DNA of 64,000 nucleotides from an uncultured Verrucomicrobiota bacterium (GCA_964608505.1 CAZSOV010000005.1:4114-68113), one strand, 5' to 3'. Positions 18,250 through 27,537 are shown, counted from the stretch's first letter. Notes: a model not told the origin generated them from the sequence alone. Program-made: numbers and translations.

Positions 18250-18990
18250 ATGAAACCCGTGGTCTTGGGCCCCGAGGCGTCATTCAGGATGCGAACATGC
18301 CACGCCTCAAAGACACAGCCCGGCTCGGAACTCAGGTCAGGGCGGACCGCAATCGGCCTCGCCATGGGCTTGGCTGCGAGCCCGAGCCTGCCCGTCTCGT
18401 GCCAGACCCTCTTCACCTCCACCGGCCCGATAGTCATCCGGGATTTCGTAGTCTCTCCCGGGCTGGCGGATCCCTATCCCTCCACCATCGAGGTTTTTGG
18501 CATGCCCACCGTGTTCCAGAGCATCGCCGTTACCCTGACCGGGCTGAGCCACACCTACCCGGATGACATCGACATCCTCCTGGTTGGACCGGGAGGTCAG
18601 ACCGTGGTGCTGATGAGCGACGCCGGCGGCAGCGCGGAAGCCGCCTCGATCTCCCTGACCTTCACCGACTCCGCCGCCGATCCGATTACGGATCTCGGAA
18701 CCCTATCCGGCGGAAGCTATCGGCCGATCAACTATGAAGGACCCGACGCCTTCGGCGCCCCCGCGCCCAGCGGACCGTACGGCACCACCTTGTCCGCGTT
18801 TGCCAGCACCGACCCCAACGGCACCTGGCGCCTCTTCATTTCCGACGACACGCGCGCTGATTCGGGCAGCCTCCAGTCATGGACCCTCGGATTCACGGCC
18901 ATTCCCGAACCCGCGTCCGTGGCCATGGCCGTGGCGATGAGTTTGGCGCCCCTCGCCCTGTTCCGAGCCTGCCGGCGCCGGATCCGGTAG
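18250..18990 (+). CDS. Stand-alone proprotein-convertase P-domain protein with PEP-CTERM anchor; start uncertain
   Basis: P-domain motifs LTGLSHTYPDDIDILLVGPGGQTVVLMSDAGG and GTWRLFISDDTRADSGSLQSWTLGF. C-terminus is IPEPASVAMAVAMSLAPLALFRACRRR (PEP + TM + basic tail). Confidence 0.8.
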   Translation: MKPVVLGPEASFRMRTCHASKTQPGSELRSGRTAIGLAMGLAASPSLPVSCQTLFTSTGPIVIRDFVVSPGLADPYPSTIEVFGMPTVFQSIAVTLTGLSHTYPDDIDILLVGPGGQTVVLMSDAGGSAEAASISLTFTDSAADPITDLGTLSGGSYRPINYEGPDAFGAPAPSGPYGTTLSAFASTDPNGTWRLFISDDTRADSGSLQSWTLGFTAIPEPASVAMAVAMSLAPLALFRACRRRIR

Positions 18991-19163
18991 CTCCGCTTCG
19001 ATCCGTTGAGTTCCACATGACACGAGTACTTCATCAACATCGGATCCGGGACTTTTAACAGCACCGAAGTCGTCGATTGGAGCGCGCAATGGTACTTAAA
19101 ACACAGGGATCTCCGGGAAATTTATTGTTGCGAGCCACAGCAGGGCGCCGCATCATCCACGCC

Positions 19164-20198
19164 ATGCCGACCGGTCGTTTGCTCGCGCCGCCTGATCATC
19201 CTGCCGCGTTCTATCACTGCGTTTCCCGCGTGGTGGATCGCCGCTTCATCTTCGGCGCGGACGAGAAGGAGCACTTTGTCCAACTCCTCCGCGAGGCGGA
19301 GGAGTTCTGCGAGGTTCGCGTTCTCACCTACTGCCTCATGTCCAATCACTTCCATGTTCTGGTGGAGGTTCCGAGACCGCCCGAGCCCGCGCTACGTCCC
19401 TCACCGGAGCGAGTTCTGGCAAAGCTGGCCAGGCTCTCCGGGCATCAGAACGTCGGGTTGGTGCGGCAGCGCTTCGAGATGTATCGCCAGGCCAGAGACG
19501 AGAAGGGATTGGCGGAGTATCTGGCGACGTTCCATGCGCGGCTGTGGGACTTGAGCCAGTTCATGAAGCTGGTGAAGCAGCGGTTCACGCTCTGGTACAA
19601 CCTGCGCGTGGGGCGCACGGGCACGCTTTGGGAGGACCGGTTCAAGAGCGTGCTGGTGGAGGGTCAGGGTCAGGCGTTGGTGACGATGGCGGCGTACATC
19701 GATCTGAACCCGGTGCGGGCGGGGTTGGTGACGGATCCGAAGGACTACCGGTGGAGCGGGTACGGGGAGGCGGTGGCGGGGAAGAAGCGGGCGAAGGAAG
19801 GGATTCGTTCGCTCGTCACGGCGCTGCAACGGGGGCGTGAGGAATCGCCGGGCAAGTCGTTGGAGCTGTATCGGGTGTGGGTGTTCCGGGAGGGGGACGA
19901 GCGGCGGGCGGGGATCGGGGAGGATGGGCGAGCGTTACGGGGTTCGTTGTCGCGGGAGGCGGTGGTGGGGGTGCTGGAGGGTAACGGGCAGCTGCCGTTG
20001 GGAGAGTACTTGCGGTGTCGGGTGCGGTACTTCACGGCGGGGGCGGCCTTCGGAAGCAAGGAGTACGTGGAAGGGATCTTCGGGGCGTACCGGGAGCGGT
20101 TCGGAAAGAAGCGCCGAAGCGGAGCGCGGAAAGTACGGGGCCTGGAGGGTACGGAGGCTTATGTGCTGAGGGACTTGAAGAAGGCGGTGTTCGGGTAG
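19164..20198 (+). CDS. IS200/IS605-like Y1 (HUH) transposase family protein, RAYT-like, copy 2
   Basis: Same architecture and motifs as 3721..4755 (LTYCLMSNHFHVLVEVP; AAYIDLNPVRAGLVTDPKDYRWSGY). Opposite orientation. Start taken at MPTGRLL (ATG 19164). Confidence 0.85.
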   Translation: MPTGRLLAPPDHPAAFYHCVSRVVDRRFIFGADEKEHFVQLLREAEEFCEVRVLTYCLMSNHFHVLVEVPRPPEPALRPSPERVLAKLARLSGHQNVGLVRQRFEMYRQARDEKGLAEYLATFHARLWDLSQFMKLVKQRFTLWYNLRVGRTGTLWEDRFKSVLVEGQGQALVTMAAYIDLNPVRAGLVTDPKDYRWSGYGEAVAGKKRAKEGIRSLVTALQRGREESPGKSLELYRVWVFREGDERRAGIGEDGRALRGSLSREAVVGVLEGNGQLPLGEYLRCRVRYFTAGAAFGSKEYVEGIFGAYRERFGKKRRSGARKVRGLEGTEAYVLRDLKKAVFG

Positions 20199-20518
20199 GG
20201 GCCTTGGGGCGGGAGAGAAACCCCTGCGGCATGGCATGGAGGCGCGCCAGGTGATTCGTGTGGACGCCTTGTCCCTCCCGATTCTCCGAGGCTCCGTGGA
20301 ACTCCGTTCCGGCGGTCCGCGCCATGCGGGGAAAGGGGATTCCGCCCGGGGGTTGACGGGCCCGGCACCGACTGCCACGGTCCGCGCGTCGGTTCCAAGA
20401 ACACACGGTGACGGTGTCGGTAGTAGACAGGCTGTCGGTTGAGTTTCCTCGGCCGCAATTGGCGACGCTGCGAGTGCAGCACCCCCTCCACTGGGTTCCT
20501 GGGCAGGACACGCGCAAC

Positions 20519-20887
20519 ATGAACGCTGCACGCCTTTTCGTGGGCAATCTGTCGTACAACACGGCGGAAAACGATCTCGTCGAACACTTCTCCCAAGCCG
20601 GCGTCGTCCGCTCCGCGGACATCGTCATCGACAAGTTCACGGGCAAGTCCCGCGGGTTCGCCTTCGTCGAAATGTCTTCCTCCGAGGAAGCGAACAAGGC
20701 GGTCGAAATGTTCCACAACAAGGAGCTCCAAGGCCGGGCACTCACCGTCAACGTGGCCCGTCCGAAGGAGGAACGCGGCCCCCGCGAAGGCGGCGGCGGC
20801 GGGGGGTACCGTGGCGGTCGCGGCGGCGGCGGTGAACGCAGCGCCGGCGGTGGCGGCGGCGGTGGCGGTGGCGGGGACTGGCAATAA
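20519..20887 (+). CDS. Glycine-rich RNA-binding protein (single RRM)
   Basis: RNP-2 LFVGNL and RNP-1 KSRGFAFVEM. C-terminal RGG/poly-Gly tail. Followed by a strong intrinsic terminator. Confidence 0.92.
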   Translation: MNAARLFVGNLSYNTAENDLVEHFSQAGVVRSADIVIDKFTGKSRGFAFVEMSSSEEANKAVEMFHNKELQGRALTVNVARPKEERGPREGGGGGGYRGGRGGGGERSAGGGGGGGGGGDWQ

Positions 20888-20938
20888 GCTCCGGTCGCCC
20901 CGTTCGCGACCGTCCCCCCCGAAATCCCGTTTGATCCA

Positions 20939-20970
20939 AGACCGGCCACGCCTGCGTGGCCGGTCTTTTG
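20939..20970 (+). terminator. Rho-independent terminator of the RRM gene
   Basis: Perfect 12-bp stem AGACCGGCCACG / CGTGGCCGGTCT with loop CCTG, followed by TTTT, about 50 nt after the stop codon. Confidence 0.75.
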
Positions 20971-21048
20971 TCATGGAAACCCGGCGTTGCATTCGTCCCC
21001 CATTGCGCAAGCCTCCGACCTCGACGCCCCTTCCTTCGCCTTCAACCC

Positions 21049-22959
21049 ATGCCGATTTTACCCTTGATCCCCCGTGGCCGCTCGACCCTGGCGGCTCTGT
21101 TCCTCGGAGTGCTCGCCGCCGCCGGCGCGCCGGTCGGCTCGGCCTCCAGCCCCGGCGGCGCCGTCGTGGTTCTCGATACCCGTGCCACCCTCCCCGCCGA
21201 GACCCTCCCCGCGGATCGCGCCACCTGGACCGTCGTGCCTTCCGACCTCCTCGCCCTCGAGGCGGATCCACCCAAGGCGTCCTCCGATCCTGGGTATTAC
21301 GGACGCGAATACCGCTTCCAGGGCGACGCCGTGGTCGAGAATTCCCGTCTCGCCGCGGTCTTTTCATCCCGACGCGGGCGCGTCCTCCTCTACGCCAAGG
21401 ACCTTCCCGGACCCGTGTCCGATCCCGCGCCCCGCCCAGGCTCCCTCGGCAGACTGGTCGCCGAGTGCCGTCTCCTGGACCCCCCGGAGACGCCGTCCGG
21501 TCCTTCCCCGGCCCTGGCCCGGGTCGAACTGCTCCGCAACGCCGCGGATGAAGTCGTGGTCTCCGTCTCCTCTGCCTCCGGCCCCGGGCGTGCCGCGGCC
21601 CCGGCACCCGTCGTCTTCGCCTTCGGACGCACCGAAATCGTCGAGGTCCATCCGCCGAAGTCGGCGCGTGGCCTGCGTCTCCATGCGCTTCTCGACTACG
21701 GGATCGTCCCGGGGTTCGTTGCCGACGACCTGCTGTTCGCGGCGGATCAGTTCGAGGAAGCGCCGGTGCTCCACCTTCCTGCCGAGGGGATGTTCATGGG
21801 CCTCGGCGGCGCCGGACGGCAGCAACTGGTCGTCACTTGGCCGCCGGGCCCCCGCCGCCAGCTTCGGGTCCAACTCGCCGGCGACGATTCCGGCAAACGG
21901 GTCATCACGTCGGTCGACCTCGAGACCGACGGGCAACCCATCTACCTGGCCCCGCAAGCCGCCGCGGGCCTCTGGCATCGCCGCGCCGTTTCCGCCCGGA
22001 ATCTCGAGACCGATCTGCGGCTCGAGTGGCAGCCGCCCTTCCCCGCCCGATGGAAGACCCTCCTGTCTGAAGGCGACGTGAAGACCATGTTCGCCTTCCG
22101 GGAGGCGCGCGGACAGATCTGGCGCGGCGTTCCCGGTTCCTACTCCTATCCGGCCTGGTTCGAGAACGGCGAGGCCTTCCTCCGCTTCGGCAAGAAGGTC
22201 CCGCCCCGCGACGAGTGCGTCGTCTACGCCCTCGAACCCCAGAACACCCCGTCCCACGTCCTCACCCCGGTCGACATCCTGAAGTCCACCTTGGGACGGG
22301 CCGCCGCCGAGACCATCGTGGATCGCGCCGGGCGCAAGCTCCGCACCCACCACCGCCGGGGCGGCGAGGGGGTCCGACGCGCCTGTACCTGCGGCTGCAC
22401 CGAGGCCATCCAGGCCGTGTTCGAATCCGGCGAGGAAGTCGACCGCCGCGGTTTCGTGAAGGACGCCCTCGACGACATGATCTACTTCGTCGCCCGGCAC
22501 GTGGAACGGATCGGCGAATACCAGGCCTTCGCGGACGAACTGCTGCGCTTTTTGAGACAGGCCGGCCAGGCCTCGCCCGAGCTCGCGCCGTACCTGGATT
22601 CCCTGGCGGAGATCGCCAATCAGATTCCGCAGGAATGCACGGTGCAGAAGGACAACATGAAATCGCCGCAGCACGCCGAGGACCTCGCCCGTCGCACGCT
22701 GGCCCTGACGCAACGCCACGACCCTTCCAACCTGAAGACCTACCTCGAGCTCCTGAAAGCCTGGCGCGACATGGGCGGAGCCCAGGACTATGTCGTCGCG
22801 CAATGCCACACCGTGACCCGCAAACTCGCCCAGGAAGCCGGCTACGCCGCGGCCACGCTGACCCATCCCGAGGCCACCCGGCTCGCCACGGAAATCCGCC
22901 AACGCTGCCGCGGCGTCCTCCGTCATCCGGACGGCTACGAGATCTGGGCTGAATACTGA
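21049..22959 (+). CDS. Secreted hypothetical protein (636 aa), no family recognised
   Basis: Signal peptide MPILPLIPRGRSTLAALFLGVLAAAGAP. Normal amino-acid composition throughout. Cys cluster RRACTCGCTEAIQ. Helical C-terminal third. Its stop overlaps by 1 nt an ATG of the next ORF. Confidence 0.75.
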   Translation: MPILPLIPRGRSTLAALFLGVLAAAGAPVGSASSPGGAVVVLDTRATLPAETLPADRATWTVVPSDLLALEADPPKASSDPGYYGREYRFQGDAVVENSRLAAVFSSRRGRVLLYAKDLPGPVSDPAPRPGSLGRLVAECRLLDPPETPSGPSPALARVELLRNAADEVVVSVSSASGPGRAAAPAPVVFAFGRTEIVEVHPPKSARGLRLHALLDYGIVPGFVADDLLFAADQFEEAPVLHLPAEGMFMGLGGAGRQQLVVTWPPGPRRQLRVQLAGDDSGKRVITSVDLETDGQPIYLAPQAAAGLWHRRAVSARNLETDLRLEWQPPFPARWKTLLSEGDVKTMFAFREARGQIWRGVPGSYSYPAWFENGEAFLRFGKKVPPRDECVVYALEPQNTPSHVLTPVDILKSTLGRAAAETIVDRAGRKLRTHHRRGGEGVRRACTCGCTEAIQAVFESGEEVDRRGFVKDALDDMIYFVARHVERIGEYQAFADELLRFLRQAGQASPELAPYLDSLAEIANQIPQECTVQKDNMKSPQHAEDLARRTLALTQRHDPSNLKTYLELLKAWRDMGGAQDYVVAQCHTVTRKLAQEAGYAAATLTHPEATRLATEIRQRCRGVLRHPDGYEIWAEY

Positions 22960-23021
22960 TGGAGTGCGTCCCGCACCCCGACGATCGTCCACCCGAGTCA
23001 CCCCGAGTCCCCGCCGCTCCC

Positions 23022-23861
23022 ATGAAACGAATCCTCTGGTTCCAGTCCGCTCTTGTCCTGTCCGTCGGTCTTGCCCTCGGCGCGCCGGCACCCACCGCGA
23101 CCTCCGCTCCCACCCCTGCCCCGTCCGATGCGATGGTGGCAATTCCCGCCGGAAAGTTCGTCATGGGTGACAAGGACGAGGCCGACGCGCCGCCCCATGA
23201 AGTGACGGTCAGCGCGTTCCTCATGGACCGGACGTTGGTCACCCAGGAGCACTTCCAGCGGGTGATGGGCGACAATCCCTCCCGCTGGAAGGGCCCCAGG
23301 AATCCCGTCGAGCAGATCCGCTGGTCCGATGCCGTCCGATTCTGCAACCGCCGCTCCGAGCTCGAAGGCCTGAAGCCCTGCTACGACCTGAAGACCTGGA
23401 CCTGCGATTTCTCGTCCGACGGTTACCGCCTCCCCACCGAGGCCGAGTGGGAGTATGCCTGCCGCGCCGGCACCACCACCCCATATTACTTCGGCGCCGC
23501 CCCCGGAAAGATCCTCGGCAACCACGCCTGGTACGACAAGAACTCCGGCGGTCGACCCCGTCCCGTCGGGCAGAAGCAGCCGAATCCGTGGGGACTCCTC
23601 GACATGTGCGGCAACGTCTGGCAGTGGTGCCACGACTTCTACCAGGTCGATTACTACGCCCAATCCCCGAAACAGGATCCGCGGGGGCCCGCCAAGGGCG
23701 AGAACAAGGTCGTGCGCGGCGGCGCCTGGCGGTTTGGAGCCGAGTCCTGCCGCTCCGGCTACCGCTACAACGAAAGCCCCGGCTACGCGGACGTCTGCTT
23801 CGGCTACGACATCTATGGTTTCCGCTGCGTCCGATCCGCCCCGGGCGGCGCCCGTCCGTGA
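23022..23861 (+). CDS. FGE-sulfatase (SUMF1/EgtB/PvdO) family protein
   Basis: Signal peptide MKRILWFQSALVLSVGLALGAPA. MVAIPAGKFVMGD ... HEVTVSAFLMDRTLVTQEHF ... YRLPTEAEWEYACRAGT ... NPWGLLDMCGNVWQWCHD ... VVRGGAW ... GFRCVR. The alternative start at 22959 (TGATG overlap) is less likely. Confidence 0.9.
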   Translation: MKRILWFQSALVLSVGLALGAPAPTATSAPTPAPSDAMVAIPAGKFVMGDKDEADAPPHEVTVSAFLMDRTLVTQEHFQRVMGDNPSRWKGPRNPVEQIRWSDAVRFCNRRSELEGLKPCYDLKTWTCDFSSDGYRLPTEAEWEYACRAGTTTPYYFGAAPGKILGNHAWYDKNSGGRPRPVGQKQPNPWGLLDMCGNVWQWCHDFYQVDYYAQSPKQDPRGPAKGENKVVRGGAWRFGAESCRSGYRYNESPGYADVCFGYDIYGFRCVRSAPGGARP

Positions 23862-23864
23862 GCC

Positions 23865-24656
23865 TCACGGTCGCGGCACGTCGTTCAGGGTCCAGTCGTA
23901 CTCCGTGAATCGGACCTTCGGTTCCCCCCATTCCTCGAGCCGGCGCCGGTCCGCCTCTCCCAGATACCGACTCACGAACGCCGCCACGCTCCTCCCCCCC
24001 CGCCGGAAATCCTCCGCGAACCAGTCGAAGATCGGCGACACCCACAACGTCCGCGTCGCGATCTCGAGCCGGTTCCTGGCCGGGTCCGCCAGGAACCGCC
24101 GGCCCTGATCCTCCAGTTGCTCCTCCAGCCGCGCCGCCGTGTAGGGTTCGTCCCGGAGCGGGGGACATCCCCTGGCCGCGCAGACCAACGCGAAATGCAC
24201 CCGCGGTTCGTCGTACTCCTTCCGCAGGATCCCGTGCTCCAGATCGTCGAGGGAGAACACCCGCCCGCCGAACCGCACGATCTTCCGCTTCCACGCCGCG
24301 CCCGGGATCAGCCCGATGTCGCGGATGCTGCCGACCGGATAATTCTCGGCGATCAGGCGGAGCGTCCGGGCATTGTACAGGTTGATCAGCAGCGCCAACC
24401 GGTCCGCGCGCGGCCATTCCGCGAACTCCGCCTCCGGCACCGTCGCGATGCGCTCCAGGTACGCGTCCAGCTCGCCGGGGGCCGCCTTGAGCCGGGCATA
24501 GTCCACGCGGGCATCCCGCACCACCTGGCGGAGCACCTTCCCGTACGGCGCGTGATCGAAGCGCGGGGAGACTCCGGCGGGGCGGGTCGCGGCGGGCAGC
24601 GCCATCCACGCCCAGCCGAGAGCGACGCCAAGAAGAACGGCCCGGATCGGATACAT
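23865..24656 (-). CDS. DUF547 domain protein
   Basis: Signal/anchor MYPIRAVLLGVALGWAWMAL. DYARLKAAPGELDAYL ... LALLINLYNARTLRLI ... HFALVCAARGCPPLRDEPY ... VSPIFDWFAEDF are DUF547 signatures. The track ORF extends to 25751, but that part is junk overlapping the cytochrome gene. Confidence 0.88.
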   Translation of the reverse strand: MYPIRAVLLGVALGWAWMALPAATRPAGVSPRFDHAPYGKVLRQVVRDARVDYARLKAAPGELDAYLERIATVPEAEFAEWPRADRLALLINLYNARTLRLIAENYPVGSIRDIGLIPGAAWKRKIVRFGGRVFSLDDLEHGILRKEYDEPRVHFALVCAARGCPPLRDEPYTAARLEEQLEDQGRRFLADPARNRLEIATRTLWVSPIFDWFAEDFRRGGRSVAAFVSRYLGEADRRRLEEWGEPKVRFTEYDWTLNDVPRP

Positions 24657-24856
24657 CGCACGCCACCCCGCCACGAAACCGCAGCGATGGCCAGCCGGGA
24701 TTGATCTTCCGGGAATCCTCCGGTGCGCCTCGCCAGCGCCAGCCCCCCTGCCCTCGGCATGCTGAAGGGCTGACTTGGCCCCTCCTGGTGGAAGTTGAAA
24801 CCAAGGCCAGGGAAGTGGCCCTCCGATCAACGGAACGGAAGGCGCATCGGGGGCCC

Positions 24857-27289
24857 TCACTCGACCCGGCGCAGGCGGAAGTACTGCTGCTTGCCGAGGG
24901 TGGCCACGTCCGCGCTGAAGGTCGTCGGGGTGGCATGGACGGCGTTGGTCGCCGTCTGCCAGCCCGCCGCCTCCAGCGTGGTGGAGGTTTCCAGCACGGC
25001 GTCCGCGGGGGTTCGAGACCACCGGACCCGGGTGACCGTTCCCGCGAGGATGCTCAGGCCCGGCTCGCCGCCGATGGTGATCGACCCGCGGGTGCTGGCC
25101 ATTGCCGTTCCGGCACGAACGTTCAGCGACCACGCATAGTTGCCGGGTGTGGCATACGCATGCGTGGCGTGGCGCTGGGTGTCGAGCGCCGAGCCATCGC
25201 CGAAGTTCCACTCGTACCCGACCGTCGCCAGGGTGTTGCTCACCGTCGTCACGGCGCCGAAGGGCGCCGACCAGCCCACCGGATACTCCAGCGGCACCAG
25301 CGCCTTGACCGCGATGGAGTACGGCCCTTCCGCGACCACCACCGTCGCGATGGCGAGCGATGAATTCTTGGATCCATCCCAGGCAGCAAAGGAGAAGGTG
25401 TCGATGCCCACGAAGCCCGGGTCGGGGTGATAGGTCGCGCGCGATGCGCTCAGAGCCACGGAACCGTGCACGGGTTGCGCGATGATGCGAGCCGCGGCAT
25501 TGATCCCACTCACCGGCAGCTCCAACGGGACGGCGAGGCCGCTCACGGTCTGGGCGGCAACGTCGCGCACCACCGGCGCGACCCGGGTGTTGAGGCCCTC
25601 GCTGCTGGGCCCGTTGTGGCAGTTGTAGCAGCCGACCATGGCACCCCGGAAGAGGTTCAGGACCACCGTGCCCCCTTCCAGCCTCGCGGTGAGGGTGCGT
25701 GGGCCGAAGGCCTGGGAGAGGACGCTCCCGCGGTAGTCCGCCCCGTGGCACGTCGCGCAGGCGGGGAGACCGGGGGACCGTTCCGCGATATCGGGATGGT
25801 TATCGACCCAGGCCTGCCCCAGCGGGTGCATGCCGTGCGGACCGCCGACCGCCGTCGAGGCGTTGTTCGGCATTGAGACGTGGCACGCGGTGCACTCGGC
25901 AGTCACGCCCGCGTGGCCTTGGACACCCACGTTCCGCAGATTGTCATTGCCGTGGGTCGCCGGGAACTCGGCGTGCGTGGAACCATGGCAGGCCGAGCAT
26001 TGGAGCCCGCCGTGCCCGACCGAGAAGCGATAGAGTGAAAGGCCCGCGGCGGGGGTGTTGGACTGCGTGGCGAAGATCCGGTTCCCCGGAACGCGCACGC
26101 TCCCGTCGCTGTTGAAGACCGAGGTGAAACGAATCTGCCCGCCATGACTCGTGGCATGGCCGGAGTGGCAGCTCTGGCAGTTGGGTTCCATGAACCAGCC
26201 CACCCGATTCAGCGAGCCCACCTGGCTCATGCTTCCGTGGCAGCCCTGGCACTGCATCAACTTCGATCCGTCGGCCGCCACCGCGCTGCCCATGGCGCCA
26301 CGCAGGCACTTCGTGGCTGAACCGGGATGGCAGCGGTAGCAGGCGTCGCGGTGTGACGAGTCGTCCAGCCGAACCCCCAGGTCCGGATCCAGAACCGTCG
26401 CATGGGTGGCGTGCACCGACGCGGTGAGCGGCGGGATGCCATCGAAACTGCCGGTGCCCAGAGCCTCGGAGGCATGGCACGCGGCGCACAACACCGGCTT
26501 GGCCCCGGCGACGACCCCGCGGTAGAGCCCCCCGGAGTCGAACCCGCGAGCCGCAAGCGCCGCCGCGTACACCTCGGAGTGGTTGGCGAACTGGTGCTCG
26601 TCGTGCATCCGAAGAATGTTCAGCCGGAAATCGCGCTCGGGCTTCCCGCTCCACACCCAGCCTGCCGCCGGTCGGGCCACCTCGTGCGTGCCCGAGGCGT
26701 GGCACGCCCGACAATCCATCTCATCCGACACCGGGAGCACGATGTCGTTCGTGGCGAGCGGGGTGCCGCTGCCGTCGCGGGCGATGAGGCGCATCAATGG
26801 ATAGGGGTTCTTTCGCCCTGCATCATCGTACGGTGAGATCGGGATTCCCTCGGCTCGAAACCAGTTCACCTTCAGCGCCGCACCTGGCGCCGGGTGGTTC
26901 GTCGATTCAAAGACCATGAGCTGGGGCACGTTCCCCGGGCCGGGCATCCCCCAGCCGGCAAGCCCCGCTTCCGGCGCGAGAGCGGTGCCGAACAGCCCCG
27001 CGGCGAAGGTGTAGAAGTTCCCCTTGCCCATCGCCGTGGAGTTGAGCGAGCCGTCCGGGTCGGCCACGGCCTGGTAGGAGACCGTGTAGCCGACCCCGTT
27101 GGTGACCAGCTTCCCGGACACGATCAACTGCCCCTCGATGGTGTTGTACGGGGGCAGCACGCTGAACACCGAGTAGTCGCTGTCCATGCAGTGCATGCCC
27201 AGGTTGTTCCAGCTGAGCAGCTGGCTGCCCGCCGCTGGCGAGGCGGGTGCCACGGCCATCAGGAATAGCCCGAGGAGGGTTGTCTTCAC
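24857..27289 (-). CDS. Secreted multiheme c-type cytochrome (9 CxxCH) with PKD-like domain and C-terminal YFRL module
   Basis: Signal peptide MKTTLLGLFLMAVAPASPAAG. Heme motifs CRACH, CAACH, CYRCH, CQGCH, CQSCH, CSACH, CTACH, CATCH, CYNCH. PKD-like YEWNFGDGSALDTQRHATHAYATPGNYAWSLNV. Ends ...LETSTTLEAAGWQTA...GKQQYFRLRRVE. Confidence 0.9.
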   Translation of the reverse strand: MKTTLLGLFLMAVAPASPAAGSQLLSWNNLGMHCMDSDYSVFSVLPPYNTIEGQLIVSGKLVTNGVGYTVSYQAVADPDGSLNSTAMGKGNFYTFAAGLFGTALAPEAGLAGWGMPGPGNVPQLMVFESTNHPAPGAALKVNWFRAEGIPISPYDDAGRKNPYPLMRLIARDGSGTPLATNDIVLPVSDEMDCRACHASGTHEVARPAAGWVWSGKPERDFRLNILRMHDEHQFANHSEVYAAALAARGFDSGGLYRGVVAGAKPVLCAACHASEALGTGSFDGIPPLTASVHATHATVLDPDLGVRLDDSSHRDACYRCHPGSATKCLRGAMGSAVAADGSKLMQCQGCHGSMSQVGSLNRVGWFMEPNCQSCHSGHATSHGGQIRFTSVFNSDGSVRVPGNRIFATQSNTPAAGLSLYRFSVGHGGLQCSACHGSTHAEFPATHGNDNLRNVGVQGHAGVTAECTACHVSMPNNASTAVGGPHGMHPLGQAWVDNHPDIAERSPGLPACATCHGADYRGSVLSQAFGPRTLTARLEGGTVVLNLFRGAMVGCYNCHNGPSSEGLNTRVAPVVRDVAAQTVSGLAVPLELPVSGINAAARIIAQPVHGSVALSASRATYHPDPGFVGIDTFSFAAWDGSKNSSLAIATVVVAEGPYSIAVKALVPLEYPVGWSAPFGAVTTVSNTLATVGYEWNFGDGSALDTQRHATHAYATPGNYAWSLNVRAGTAMASTRGSITIGGEPGLSILAGTVTRVRWSRTPADAVLETSTTLEAAGWQTATNAVHATPTTFSADVATLGKQQYFRLRRVE

Positions 27290-27510
27290 GTTGACCTCAA
27301 CCTAGCACCGCGATGGAAGGTCCACGGAGCCGTCGCGCGGAAATTCCTCGTCAATTCTTGCACTCGCCTGCTGGAAATCAGGTCGTGTCCGCGGGATGGG
27401 TTCACTCGGATGCCCGCAAACCAGCGCCTTTGCTCGTTCCCAGCGGCCACCGCTGCCGACAAACCCGCCCCCGAAACCCGCAGTCCCACCCGCCCTATCC
27501 GGATCCGGGG

Positions 27511-27537
27511 GAGCGTGAGCGTGAGCGTGTGACGCTC
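27511..27537. repeat. (GAGCGT)x3 tandem hexamer followed by its inverted copy (ACGCTC)
   Basis: GAGCGTGAGCGTGAGCGT-GTG-ACGCTC read directly from the sequence. It lies in the ~0.7-kb gene-free region between the cytochrome gene and the sulfur cluster. Confidence 0.6.

Noticed and set aside
3721-20198. Composite transposon or genomic island bounded by the two Y1 transposase genes.
   Set aside because: The copies are diverged rather than recent duplicates, and Y1/IS200-type elements do not form classic composite transposons. The enclosed genes include core housekeeping ybaB-recR and typical PVC chromosomal genes of the same composition as the flanks.
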